Source: Podospora anserina | Lineage: Eukaryota | Assembly (NCBI GenBank): GCA_017654855.1 | Contig: CM030332.1 | Coordinates: 6,014,001 to 6,078,000, forward strand | Reading direction: 5' to 3' | DNA: 64,000 nt | Part shown: in pieces, positions 33,928-46,552 of the stretch | Numbering within the stretch: position 1 is the first letter of the stretch | Layout: each line of letters starts with the position of its first letter | The notes under the pieces: model-generated | Seen by the model: the letters and a program-made list of their open reading frames with translations, nothing else | What the model was told of the DNA's origin: nothing | Databases searched by the model: none | Made by a program: the position numbers and the translations under genes

Positions 33928-36900
33928 CTACCGCAAGTCCCCCTTCTCCAAATCCACCCTCGCAACTACCCGCCGTCTCGACACGCTTGCTTTCATCCGC
34001 TCCGTCACCCCATCAACAGCACCTCTTAGTTTCCCTTTACTCTCTTCTTGCACCTCATCGTCGCTTCCTCTTACCTCCTTCACCATTTCCTTCATCGCAC
34101 CATACGCCATCGTCTGCTTATAGTCCCCCACCTGTCCCAAGTCATCACCATCATACTTCCCACCATGTTGACTCCCCTGCTTACCATTCCCACCATCTAG
34201 ATCCTCCATCGCCTTCCGTCTGAACACCCTCCTCAGCCCCAAGCCCCACCTATGAAGAGGGTAGTCTGTCTCAACAGCACTACTCCACTTCTCACCCTGG
34301 AGGTCACTGGACACCATTCCAGTGTTGGAGGACGAGGTCCCCGATTGTGCAGAGAGATACCTACGCTACTCCCATAAGCGCCGTAGGCCAGGAATATGGG
34401 TATGAAAATCTTTCAGTTTAGGGGCAAGTGGGACGTAGGTTGGCTCTTCGTCGGGCTCGCGTGGTTGGGCCCAGATGTAGGTTGAGAAGAACCCTGCTAT
34501 TGGGTTGACTCTGAAGGCGATGAAAATGAGCGGAAAGATTACAGCAAATGAGATTCCAACTAGAAGAGGGTCAGTCGAATGAGGGATATTACCTGGGGCG
34601 ACTTAAACTCACTCAGGTATCCAAAGGCTTGACGAGCTGGCCACAGAACTTCTCCTGTGGGTATAGATAGCAAGCTGGATGGCCAGTACGCTTGCCATGA
34701 AAGACAGGGGGAGCTGCGGAATCAGCAAGATCTTGTCCATTGTCAAATAAATTTGTCCAAATGTGCGACGGAAACAAAGACTTTTGACTACTCCCGAAAA
34801 AGAGGGTGACAAGGGTAAACACCAATGTGATCTAATTCCGCCGAGATCAGTTATCCATCACTGGTAGCACAGCTTGAACTGGATTAAAATACGACATACA
34901 TTCCCCTGGCGACGAGCCTGTTCAGTGCCAATCTGCGGGAATCTGGCCTCCCAGACGTTGGCAAGCTTCTGCTTGAGATCGAACAGGTTATTCAGCTAGT
35001 TCAGGATTAGTCACGTCCGACAAACATTAATCACGGATGAGATCCTCCCCATACCTCTCTGTGTATGTTCACGGCATTCCTAGCCAGTTCATCCACCGCC
35101 TCAATGTTCGACTTTATCAGCTTAACATTATCCTTGACTTGATTTTCCCGTAAAGGTTTTCTCATAGCCTTCTTCTTCTTTGGCTGGTTTGTCTCAGCTG
35201 ATGTCGAACAGCTGGAAAACATGGGCGCCAGCTCTCGGAACTACCTGATGGCTTCGTGTTGGGCGAGAAAAACACTCCTGATTGTCTTGAGTTTATTTTG
35301 GATATCCATGATGTTAGCCACAAGGGCAGTTTCCTTGGTAAGCTCAAAGAGTTTGTCGGTAAGTTTGAGTTTCTCTCGCTGGGTTATCTTCTACTTGGCG
35401 TCAAGGCTTTTGACCAGCTCCTGGAAGCTTTTGAACTGCTGTGATAGCTCATTGGACTTGCCAAAAAATACAGTTAGCAGGAATTCCGCACTCTTATGAT
35501 GATGTTTTGACGAAGACGTACAATCTCGTTTATACTGGTCTCAAATGTTTCTTGAAGTGAGGCATGCAGGGGTCCCTGCCGGCGCAGAAACGTGACCCTG
35601 CACTTGATGATCAAATGTGCCAATTCCAGCCGAGATTGAATGAGGGGACGGCTGTTTTTCGACTTGAGCCTCGCTCGCATGTGATACAAAAGGCTACCGT
35701 TCGTTGTCGGATGATCGGAGTCGGAATCAGGACAGCATGTGACAACTGTGTTATCTTTGTCGTCCAGAATCCATAGCCAGAGTTGGTCTACCATAAGTAG
35801 AGGATATTTGGAGGAGTTTATATTGTGGCGGTGTTTCCTACTCCACTTCAGCATAACCTGATTGTCATTCCTTTCCTGAGCACTCTCGAGGGTACGATAA
35901 GTGAACTGATCAAGAGTACATCGGCAGTGAAGTGAGGTGTCGTTCCTTCTGGGCCTCAAATACCCTCGGAGAAGCAGAGTCATCAGTGGTTCTCCCGGTC
36001 GCTCAATGAAGGTTTCGGTTGGCTCTTGGCGCATTCTGGTGAATGTCCTAGACTTCTCTCGTCTAAAACGTGATTCTTGTTGATTCATTGAAGGGTACTC
36101 TCCTTTCATTAATGCGGCCAGTTTTTTCTGAGAACTGTGCGTCCCAAAGCCGAGTATCGGAATCTTTGTTACAGTGTTAGAGAATTTGTGTGTTGCGTGA
36201 TCGGAGATATGTTATCATACGAATAAAGCTATGGCTCATCATTCTCTGTGTGGACTGCCTTGGTTCGGGTTCCCTTCAAGCGCCTGTGATCTGACTGTCA
36301 GCATATTTTCTTTGCACCTACCACAAGATGTGGATGAAGTGTCAAGTCCATTTGTACCTGAGTATATCCGTGGCTGCCTGACATCATGAATCTGTCATAA
36401 ATTTGGGCCCCTTTTTCAAGAATTGTTAGTCTAGAAGCCAGTGATCATTGGTAGTGTAAAGTCACAAGTGCACGGGAACGATACCCTGATGGTGCCGATC
36501 CTGCATAGATCTGTCAATGATTTTCAGGCTCGTGAAAAGATCCTGAACCAATACGGTCAGTCCTAGCCCTCTCAACAAAAAAACAACAAGTGAAGGTATT
36601 CACCTGGGCCCATTTCTCCTATTATCGCGGTATCGTTAGCAACGGCTTGCAAACCGAGGCACAAGCACTTACATTCGTTGCCGGTAGATGAATCCACCGG
36701 CAAGTCGATGTGAGAGACCGTATTCTGTTCCGATCAAAAATGATGTGGGCTTGATGCTGTGGGTTGTAGAGGACTTTGTAGACATCCGGATGCTGCATTT
36801 CGAACTTTTCGGTTTTGTCGCCAGTGGAATCCTGGATGTAGAGTTGAACCAGTGTGGCTTCTGCTTTATGGCAAGCTACATATTGGTCTGAGTCTTGCGG

Positions 36901-38660
36901 AGGAGCGACCAACGCCTCAAGCCTCTCATGTTGTGCTGCCGTTGCTCCGGTTCGTAGGTCATGAATCTTCAGCTTCTTCAGCCACATTCTGTGCTGTCCC
37001 ATCGCCCTCTCTGCATAGTCCCATGGTGTGAAACCTCGGTGGTCCTTAGGATTTGCGCCAGCTGTTTGCCTGGGTGTCAAAGTACTGAAAAGCTTTTGGA
37101 TAATCGCTTCCCATGTTGACTTTTGCTGGCCAGTACGAGAGGCTTTCATGACTGCAATGTGCAGCAGGATACGGCCATCTTTATCCGCGACATCGACCAT
37201 ATTTGGAATGCCGAAACCAGCCGCTGGACGGCTGGCTCATTGCCAGACATGACCGCTCGGTGCAGAGCGGTTAGGCCGAAGGGATCTGTCGCTGATTCGA
37301 GCTGGAACCCGCTTTCCGTGCATTCCTCGATCAATTTGGCGAGGAACCCGTCAACAATCAATCTGTCTTTTCTCAGTTGCCTCCTTTTCTTTTTCCTCTT
37401 CGATGTTATTATTTTCCCTGGCCGTTCCGCCTCTGGAGTCACTTCGATTCCAGATATCCAGTCAGAAACACATATAAGAACGAGGCCACAACGCATGCGG
37501 TTGACAAGATATTCATAACTTTGATCCATAGGAAATCTTCCATCCGATCTCAAGTCTCTCTTTGGGCGTGAGTGAACGGCGCTGGCGGAGAGGTCAGTGA
37601 TGAAATCCAACAGATCCTAGCCAAAGTTAGCGCACGAAGGGGTAGGTAGGCTTGGACGAGAAAGTACACACCTCGTCAGGCGACAATTCTTGATAAAGCG
37701 AAGCAGTAAACAGCTCTCTTTCCAAGATCGTATGGTAAAAGTCACTAAAAGCTTCAAGCAAACTCGGTGGACCTCGTGGATCTGGGGAATCCACTAGCAC
37801 GATGCTGACAATTTCATCCAGCACAGTCTGCTTCAAAGGGCCGACCGAATGAAGGATAACGATAAGCTTGTGGATAATGCAACACCCAAACCCAGTCCTA
37901 TGAGGACGAGGAAATCACTGCTTGCGGATTTGTCTTTGGGAATCTTCCGTAGTTGAGTCAGAAGTCTGTCAGCTGTTTTAGCGAGAAAGTTGTTGGCTTC
38001 GTCATCGGAGATGTCGGCAAGGAAGTTCCAGGGCCAGTGAAAGTTCATTATCCGGCCCCAGCTACCAATATCACGAGGCAGCATCTTGCTGTTGTCCAAA
38101 ACACCCCTCTTTGGCATTTCAGGTGCTTGATGGGTTGGGTGGGGTGTTTTCTCTTGAAAAGTCCACGGAACCTCCCAAGCTTGTCCACTCCCGTTAACAA
38201 TGACGACGTCTGCCTTGGGAATATCTGGAGGCCTTGGTTCGTGTAAGACCTCGAGTTCGTAGCCCTCAACCAGCCCTAGCTCTCTGTTGATTGTTAAAGC
38301 CGAACCTTCTCCGATGAGATCTTGGCTGTCACTGGCCCCACGTTGCCCCAACTCGAAATTTTTCTGTTCTTTCTCGATGGGCTCGGACAACCTCTGAGTA
38401 GTTTTATTCCGACATCTTAAAGCTTCAACGGCCGAGTCCTCCGTTATACGGATGGACTCTGTCATGGCTTGTTGTTCAGCGGATGTGGCCCTGCCGGTGA
38501 TGATAGCATCAGAAGTAACAGCAACGGCATCGATGCTTAATCCTGGGTTCTGGCTCCTCTTTGAAAATTCGATGTTGATGGACTTTTCTGGCTCTTCGTT
38601 TGGATGGAGCTCTGCTACCAGGGAGAAAGCCATCCCATCGTGACTGTCTGAGGATACCAT
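33928..38660 (-). pseudogene. Degenerate alpha/beta-hydrolase-like + ankyrin + CorA-like membrane domain protein
   Basis: DVVIVNG..LPRDI..RIMNF..LVLIGLGLG; ankyrin-like DPFGLTALHRAV, DKDGRILLHIAV, DHRGFTPWDYA; WIHLPATN, TLDQFTY, LMVDQLWLWILD and C-terminal TM segments. Frameshifts near 37886 and 37206 and several in-frame TAGs. 3' end approximate. Confidence 0.75.
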
Positions 38661-39449
38661 GTTGCTGACGAAAACTATGCGGTCAACTCAATAGCGGCAA
38701 GAATAAAACCTCATCAACCTGAGTTTGTGAGGGAAAAATAACTTGAGCGAGAAGACCAAAACAGACGAGAAGCATGCAATATAAGAGCAAAGCGTACCTA
38801 TAACAAACCCATTAGGCGGAGGATTACAGTCCATGGACTGATCGTTCCATCAGATCATTGTAACTCGGGACCGTCCTGGCGGGAGATCCGCCTTTCCCCT
38901 GTCAGATTCGGAAGCCTGTACGCAACCTTCTGTTCATCCAGGTTTTGATCTCACCCCAATGGCGGCTTTCAAATGCATACTGCATGCATACATTGACAGC
39001 TAGGTAGTCAGACAATTGGCATTCAAGCTCCATGTTGGAACAGTGTTTGGGTTCTGAAAGCGTTGGGCCCCACTTCATGGAGATGACCCGACAGCTGTCA
39101 GTGGCGGACAAGAAAGAAATCCCAACACACCCCTGTTATTGTTTTGTCCATAACGCGGGTAGCATTTTTACCCCCACACCCACTAGGCCTCAGTGTTGAG
39201 GAATAATAATCTTCAGCCAATAAGAGAAGAACAATCCAATTCAGGTTATGCTCCAAGAGTTGTGGCTTCGAGACATGACGTTGTACTACATGACTGGTAT
39301 GAACTCCTTGTTTCCTGCTGTGCCGTCAATGGCACCAGAGCAAATGCTCATTTTTTTTGCTTCCACGTCACAACACAGTTGCTTCTTCGCGCATTCAAGT
39401 TCATCCTGTTCAGATAGTTGGATCACAAACAAGTTATTACCATCGTGCT

Positions 39450-40831
39450 CTAAGCCCGGCTCCCCTCCACCCACTCCGGCACAACCCTCTTCAAAAACTT
39501 CATAAACTTCCACATCCCCACCGCATACTCCCTCTCCCCCTCCGGCGTATCAACCTCCTCCGGGAATGCAATACCCGCTCCAAACAGCCCAATCGACTTC
39601 TTTTCCCCATCCTCTGCATAGAAAGCCCCTGTCCTCGCATCCTTCCTCAGCTTCACGACCTCTTTCCCATCCCCTATCCTCACCTCAGGGATGGGAGCTG
39701 GGGTATACCCCACAGCCTGCACCACCCCTTGGCAATCTTTCAACTCCCTCTCTAGCAATGCCCATTCCTTTTCTTTCCCTCCCGAGCAGTCGATTCGTGT
39801 GATGAATTTGCCTGCGTCGCTAGTGAGTAGCACGTCCCCGCCAAGTTGTGTTCTTCCAAACTCTGCAGCTTTGCCCTTCAAGCCCGTGTTGTCGTATTGG
39901 ATGTAGCCGTCTTTTTGGACGGCATATCGGAGGGTGGGGTGACGGGTGAACCATTTGATCTTGAGTAATGGGTGGCTTGTGGTTGTGAGTTTGTAGAGGT
40001 TCATCAGCACCAGGATGGCAGAGTGGGAGCCGCCTATTACGCCGATGGTGAAAGGTTGGTCGCGGGGAATGGTGGTGGATAGGATGGATGGGGTAAGAGC
40101 TGTGTCGAGGGGTATCGTTGGTGGACTGGAGGGTGGGAGGGGAGTGGTGGACGGGAAAGCGCCTGTGCAGTAGACTACCAGTGGGCTTGTGGTTAATGAT
40201 GATTCGGAGGTCGTGGTGAGAGTCCAGTGTTTGGACTGGGGGTCGAGATGAGCCGAGGTAGCTTTTCCCTCCACGGTCTGGATTCGGGGGTGTTGCCTCA
40301 ACCCGGCAGTGAGTAAGTTGAGCATATCGCCTGCGTAGCTGAGAGAGCAGGTCCCGCTTTGAGGGAGCTTCTCAAGGGCCGTGATGGCATTTGGTTTGTG
40401 TGCTGTGTTGAGAATGTGTTGAAATGGCTTCAAAGCTTCGGCATAGTCAACAAAGAGCTTTACCGCAGTGTTACTGACTTTGAGTTAGTTTGATGAGTCA
40501 AGCCAGCATTTGATGAGAATAAAAGGTAGACCTACCCGGGCACTTCGCGATAAAATTTATTGATTCTTCCCCCTTGGAACTGCTCATCTACCCACACAAT
40601 TTTCCCATCGTCTTTGATCTGTTCCAGGAGATTTCCCACAACCGCAATCCCAGCGGGGCCGGCGCCAACCACAACGGCCGCCGCATCTTTTGGTGTTGCA
40701 TTCTGGCGGAATTGCCGTACCAACTGACCCACGGAAAAGGAGGATATTGTGCGTTGACGATATTCCCTAATCAGCACTGAGCGTGCAGTGAAGCTGCCGC
40801 TGCAGCCTGGAAGTATCCTCACAGCATGCAT
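39450..40831 (-). CDS. FAD/NAD(P)-binding pyridine nucleotide-disulphide oxidoreductase-like protein, intron 40474-40535
   Basis: [31 protein letters not shown] and [11 protein letters not shown]-terminus resembles a mitochondrial presequence. Confidence 0.85.
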
Positions 40832-41674
40832 TTTGATTGTTGGTTGAAAGTGATTCGGAAGGTATAAAGCAACACGGTGAGTCGGAAATCGGCAGCGGTC
40901 AACAAACAAACCCCCTTTGGCGTCCCACTTTTATTCGCAAGATTCTCCGATTCAACTCCGAAGTGGGCCCGGGTGACTCAAAAGCTGATGCCCTTTCTTT
41001 TTTTCCAAGTCCAAATGCTTTGAATTCTGTCTTTCGAATAGAAAGCTAAAATTGCGCCATTCTCACACGTCAATTACAATCAGATCACCGCGAACAACAA
41101 GTGCCCACTTATATGATGCTTTACTACGACAGCTAAACAGGGTTATTCCCGGCTCGGGTGTTACGGAGATCCACCCCGATCCTGCTCCGTAGGGGTGGGG
41201 CCGTGTTTCGGCCCAACCCGCATGAAACAGCAACGTCAGCCGGTAACTGTCGGTCCACTTTGATCGGTTCAGGCCTGCTTCTGTGCTTCAAGATGCCTAG
41301 AGTTCGTGGTCAGCTACATTTTGGTTTGGCCACACAGTTCAACTATTGTGTACCTTGGTAAGCCAAGAGATAATGATGTGCTGGTTGCGCTGAAAAATAC
41401 GAACTATGGCAATCACTATACTGAAAATGGAAATTCCTCAGCTGTTGGGTGTCAGAGCAATCAAAGATACTTGAAGACATTTGATGGTAACATAAAAGCT
41501 TTAAATTTATATCAATAACCCTCCGACAGACTTAAGGCATATTATGATAGTCGAGGGACGGTAAAGACAGTTAAAAGGTATGATAATAACCTTGAAGCTA
41601 ATAATGTGTTGTTGCGGCGGCCTCGACTTTCTGCTTAGGTACGGCAAGAAATGATAAAAAGTTCAAAGGAGTCA

Positions 41675-42078
41675 TGTCACAACCTTAACATCGGGAACGG
41701 TGGAGCAGTGCAAGGTCACCAGCCAATCAGAACAAGGTCGCGGCGGTCTGGGCGATCATGGGCAATAAGACTGGGAAGTGCAGTGATCACGGAAGTACAA
41801 CCAATAAGGAACCAGAGAAGGATCATAGCGATCATTATGATCATTGGGGAAGAGCGGAATGATCACCATGATCGGGGAGAATCAAGGTCTATATATACGG
41901 AGGAACTGGCTGGTGTGGCTAGACAGTTCCGCAGTATGCAATTCACAATTGTATTCACGGTATCTTGTGTTTACATTGAGACATCTTGTTGTGCACTATT
42001 TAGCTGCACCGAACCAATTGTCAGAAGTTACCTTCAACCAGTATCCCTTTCAGAGGTTCTGTACAGGGGTTCGTCACA
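41675..42078 (+). mobile_element. Solo LTR, subfamily C (different 5' half)
   Basis: TGTCAC...GTCACA with the conserved 3' half. Flanks AGTCA/AGCAG do not match, so the site is probably rearranged. Confidence 0.9.
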
Positions 42079-42760
42079 AGCAGCCGTACTAATACTAAAG
42101 AATCCACGCTAGTAGTTAGGACAGCAATATATCTACGAAGCTTATAACGCTATAAGAGCTGTCCAGGACGCTAGGAATACGATCTCGGTTATCTAGATCC
42201 TAAAGAGCGCTTAAAACGAATTCCTAAAAATAATTAAGGGAAAAGTAAAGGAAGTAACTTAATAGAACATTATGTAATAAGCTTAGGAACCTAGAATACG
42301 ATTAATAACCCTTTGTATCGTATAGGCTAAAATACCTCCTAAGACCTTACTAAATAAAGTAGGTAAATACTTTAAAAGGATCGATATAACGCTATTAAGA
42401 AATTATACCCGGCGGCTATATAACTACCTATTATAAAAGGAGGTAAGCGTACTCGCTTAGTTTATAATAAATATAGTAAGATTTAACGCTTACTTCTACC
42501 GAATCGGGATAGTCCCGTTAGTTTAATACGTATATAGATAAGCAATAGAAATAGTAAAACATTTCTTTTTCCGGTATAAAAAATGGACGGCGTGCCGGGT
42601 AGAGATGCTTTAGTATATAATTACCCATAGAGGTAATATTTCCTTCTATCTAGGAGGGAAATCGCCGTCGGATAAGGAAGACTGGGCTCCGAACGTCGAG
42701 GCCGTTCGGGCAACGATTCGGTTCGTAATAACTACGAGCCGACTCGACACGAACTAACCA
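42079..42760 (+). mobile_element. RIPed Tad1-like LINE ORF2 3' remnant (RNase H to C-terminus)
   Basis: NPR**LGQ, VGKYFKRID..YTRRLYN, HFFFRYKKW and SFYLGGKS..WAPNVEAVRATIRF. Very TpA-rich. 3' UTR may run to about 43090. Confidence 0.85.
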
Positions 42761-44589
42761 CAGGCCGACTAAAATACTTAACCGGCTAACCATCACTCTC
42801 CACCGACCCTATACCTATTACTTTGTGCCACGGACAGCAAGCACTGCTTTAGCCGCCGAAGATAAGACGTTGAACATTTAAAGAACCGACTTTAAGCTAG
42901 CCTACTAACAATCCTACTAACCCACGAGAATCCGTAGAGAAATGGTAAATCAGAGTGCATAAGCTAGAATAGACTTTGCATGGGCTTTAAGGAGATCAGG
43001 GCATATCTTGGGGAATGTATGCTTCAATCGGTAATAGTTGCCCTTTCGGCTTAGCCGCCGGGCGTTAATAAATTATTGTTATTATTAAACAACAAATAAG
43101 TGCTGTATTTCATTGATGCCGGATCTTGGGATCGACATAAACCACCTGCATCACTTGCAGTTGGGCTCTTACAGCGAGCTACAGAGTTTTCGTGCAGTGA
43201 GATAAGATGGGCCGAGCTTGGGGTCTGGCTCGGCTTGTCTCCCTGAACTGACGACCTGGCTCCCGGTCTCACCCTCTCACCGAGACGAGCCGTAAGTAGT
43301 TTTTCCGGTCAATTTCTTGGCAAAGTGGGGATATTCGAACTATCTTCAGTTAATTCACGGTTCTTCTTCTTCCGCTTCCAAGGTGCCTGGGAGGAAGAAG
43401 CCTGAGGAAGCTGGTGCGCCGGGCTTCGTGACCAAGACCCCTCTCCTGATATCTCCCTCGTTGAAATCCTGGAAGTGTTACGGCAGGTAGGACCACTGCA
43501 CAAAGTCACGTCAGCGGACCTCTCCACATCCATCGGGCGGATCGAGGCGGACCCGTGAGGGACCAAGGTCAGGCACAAAAGAGAAGCAAAGTCTGTATGA
43601 TTTTGTGCCTCGGGGCCCCGCAGTGACGGTGCTGTGGACGAATCGTGATAAGCGGATCAGCGGTAGCCTTATAAGTGGCCGACGAGCGATCGATGTCGCT
43701 AGCATGATGGAGGGAGAGGCGAGGATATTGCTCGAGACGGTCATGTGCAGAGAGATTGCCGAGGAGGAGCGAGGCAGCGACGCTTTTGACCCGAGTATCG
43801 AACTATCTATATGATCGTGGGAGCTGGAGAGAGAAGGAACCTATGGACCTAAGAGCCTATGAGTATCGGAGGAAACTTCTCGTGAGAAGCATCCTGACAC
43901 GATGGTCACATTCGGTTGACTGGTGGGTGATGGTGTAGTCTCTACACCACTTAGAGGCTATCCAGCGGAAGTGGCCGCAAGAGTATTCTCGCTAGGACTT
44001 TCAGCGTGAATACTGGGAAAAGAAAGAACAGGACATACTTGTGTATAATTGCACATAGTATTAACGTTACTAACAAGAGATCAAGTGATATTTGATAGTG
44101 TAGCAAGAATCTGATGACAAGGGTGACGGATGAGAGGAGAGTTTTCGTTTGGAAGAGGATATCTGGGAGCTTAATTTGAGAGGGGTCATAAATATAGCAG
44201 CCCGAGAAACAATTGTGTCCTGGAGAAATGGAACGTGCGATAGGAAGCGGGGTTGTGGCAATCGCCATCATTAACCATGGAAATTGCTCCAGGATTGCTC
44301 ACCAGATATGCCTCCATTAAAGTAGTGGGTTACACATTCCCGGCTTCGCGTCACTTTTTCCTACACTGGACGGCGAATGAATATCGAAAGTGACCTGCAT
44401 CGCTATTCCCAATCAGAAAAGCAAATGAGCCGGGGGCTAATAAGTGAGATGATATGGTTGAAAACCGGCCAGCTGTGTGTGCTGTATCCTTCTGGCATGG
44501 GTTCTAAGAGTGTGACCTATCACTTCTCTGCTGCCGCACTCGGGTATGCCTTTGTGTCTACTGTCCTGCCAACAATGATTTGGTTCTGA

Positions 44590-44914
44590 TTCCGATCTCA
44601 GCTCCCTACACCGCCCCTGCATAAGGAACATTATTCTTTTATCCTCGACAGTAAAACCGCTAGACAGCCTGGCATTATAGCAGCGATTCGCTACCATAGG
44701 CTCAAGAATCGATCTTACTGGTCTTATGAAACGATTCAAGGACCTGGAAATCGATTGAGAGATAGTAGTTAGCTACATGGAAGGCCTTAGTACTTTGTTT
44801 AGGAGGAAGATACCTTTCAGCATGTAGTTTGTTTACAAAGAAGTTAGCTATAAGTGACTCTGCATAAAGGGCAAGAAAAAGAAGCAGAGCACTGTGACGG
44901 CAACTCGATAGCAT
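44590..44914 (-). pseudogene. Coding remnant paralogous to 21635-21790 (+)
   Basis: ESLIANFFVNKLHAERYLPPKQSTKAFHVANYYL versus ESLVTNFFINKLYTKGYLPPK*GTKAFHVAAYYL. Frameshifted. Family unknown. Confidence 0.55.
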
Positions 44915-44977
44915 TAACTATTGAGAAAACCCTTCCAAAAGGAATGTCAGAATAACAGGATCAACATCTTGTTACCT

Positions 44978-45377
44978 TGTCACGGTTTTGGCATAAGGTG
45001 GGGGAATAGGCGAACCAATAAGTATTGGACCAGGGACTGGGGCAGGGCTCACGGGCCATAGTCCAGAAGGAACCAATGGGAGCTGGACCGGGGACCGCGG
45101 CAGGGCTCACGGTCCACGGTCCAGGAAGAGCCAATCAGGTGAGGACCGAGGACCGTCTGGAAGTCAACAGTCCACGGTCCCGAGGTCTATATATACGGAG
45201 GAACTAGATGGCTAGCAGATAGTTCCGCAGTATGCAATACAAGTCACATTCGTTGGTATCAAGACTATTGTGATTGATACAAGCCATTGTGCACTATTTA
45301 GCTGCACCGAACCAGGTTATCTAGAAGCGCCTTCGACTAGTATCCCTTTCAGAGGTTCTGGATAGGGGTTCGTCACA
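44978..45377 (+). mobile_element. Solo LTR (400 bp), subfamily D
   Basis: TGTCAC...GTCACA termini. TSD TACCT on both sides. Confidence 0.95.
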
Positions 45378-45422
45378 TACCTGGATGCACTATATGTAGT
45401 GTTTGACGGGCACACATAGAGC

Positions 45423-46404
45423 TGCCGACGCTGGTCTTTACAGTAGAACCGAGTCTACAACAACAAGCCCTTCTCTAGAGCCCAGATATCAAGAAATAAG
45501 AAATATGTAAGGGTGGCGACGACCCCCCTGGCGGATAGCAACATGTATGAGGGTTATCTCCTTTACGTCTAACTTGCAAATAGTCCCCATCTAAGGTTCC
45601 CTCTGAGTGGAGACCGCTCGACGCCTTCACTTTACAGACGCTAGTCGGCGTTCCTTCAAGCAGGAGCCCATGTATCCCTGCGCATTAGCCAGCCACTTCG
45701 TATTCCAGCCATGCCTTTACGCCATCTGCTGCCGCTTCTCCTCTCCCCCTCCGACTTGCCCCTGACCGTTCTTGACTCCGCCCCTCCATAAAGTGTCGGA
45801 AGTTGTAGGGTTATCGGCAATACCGAGAGGAATAGAATCCTTTGCTAAGGGCGGTGCGCCTTACAGCTGCTCCGTTTGCATAGTGCTATGGATCTATGGC
45901 CATTGAAGTTTGATGCCCCTCATCCCTTGAGATTAATATACGCCTGTTAAATTAATTTAACCCCTGCTGTTCCCTAGTACATGTTCCATCACTAAAGGAA
46001 CAGCAAAATAGAAACTCTGGCAACGGACAGGTAGCCTGCTACATACATTCTCGCCGCCTTTACGTGATTCTTGGATTGTAATACTCAAAGCTATTTAACT
46101 AGATGTTATAATATGGCGACTCATAAGTGTCTTCTTTTATTAAACAAAAATGAACAATTTCGTCTATATCTAAAGTTGCAATTTTAATACCAAATGGTGG
46201 TTCTAGTGGGTTTGATAACGGGCTACTGGCACGCACGAGGAGAAAACGGAAGTCATGCTCAGTTTTGGTTGCGGCAAGTATAGCCGAACGGTCCTTGGAT
46301 CCACTTTAGCTCAGGGTGATGCTCACTGCGCTCACCTTTTGCTCACCTTCCGAGACCGATACGGACTGAGCCCAAAGATATTGTCGGGTGTGACTATATA
46401 GGTA
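45423..46404 (+). repeat. Copy 2 of ~1.2-kb direct repeat
   Basis: Colinear with 22914-24099, with internal deletions. Confidence 0.92.
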
Positions 46405-46552
46405 TTTAAGCAATTGCCTTGGAGCTTCCGCTGCCAACATTGGTGTCAGAAACCTTTTCATTAGCAAGGACCACGCCATACTCACACAGTCATTCATCAA
46501 TTGACATCCTGCCTGAGCCATTTTCTCATAACTTCTTCTCCCGGTCATAACC

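Noticed and set aside
34830-35400. In-frame TAGs in the ankyrin/CorA gene as editing-dependent stops
   Set aside because: They co-occur with frameshifts and other G>A changes (DIQNKL), which fits RIP-type decay from CAG.
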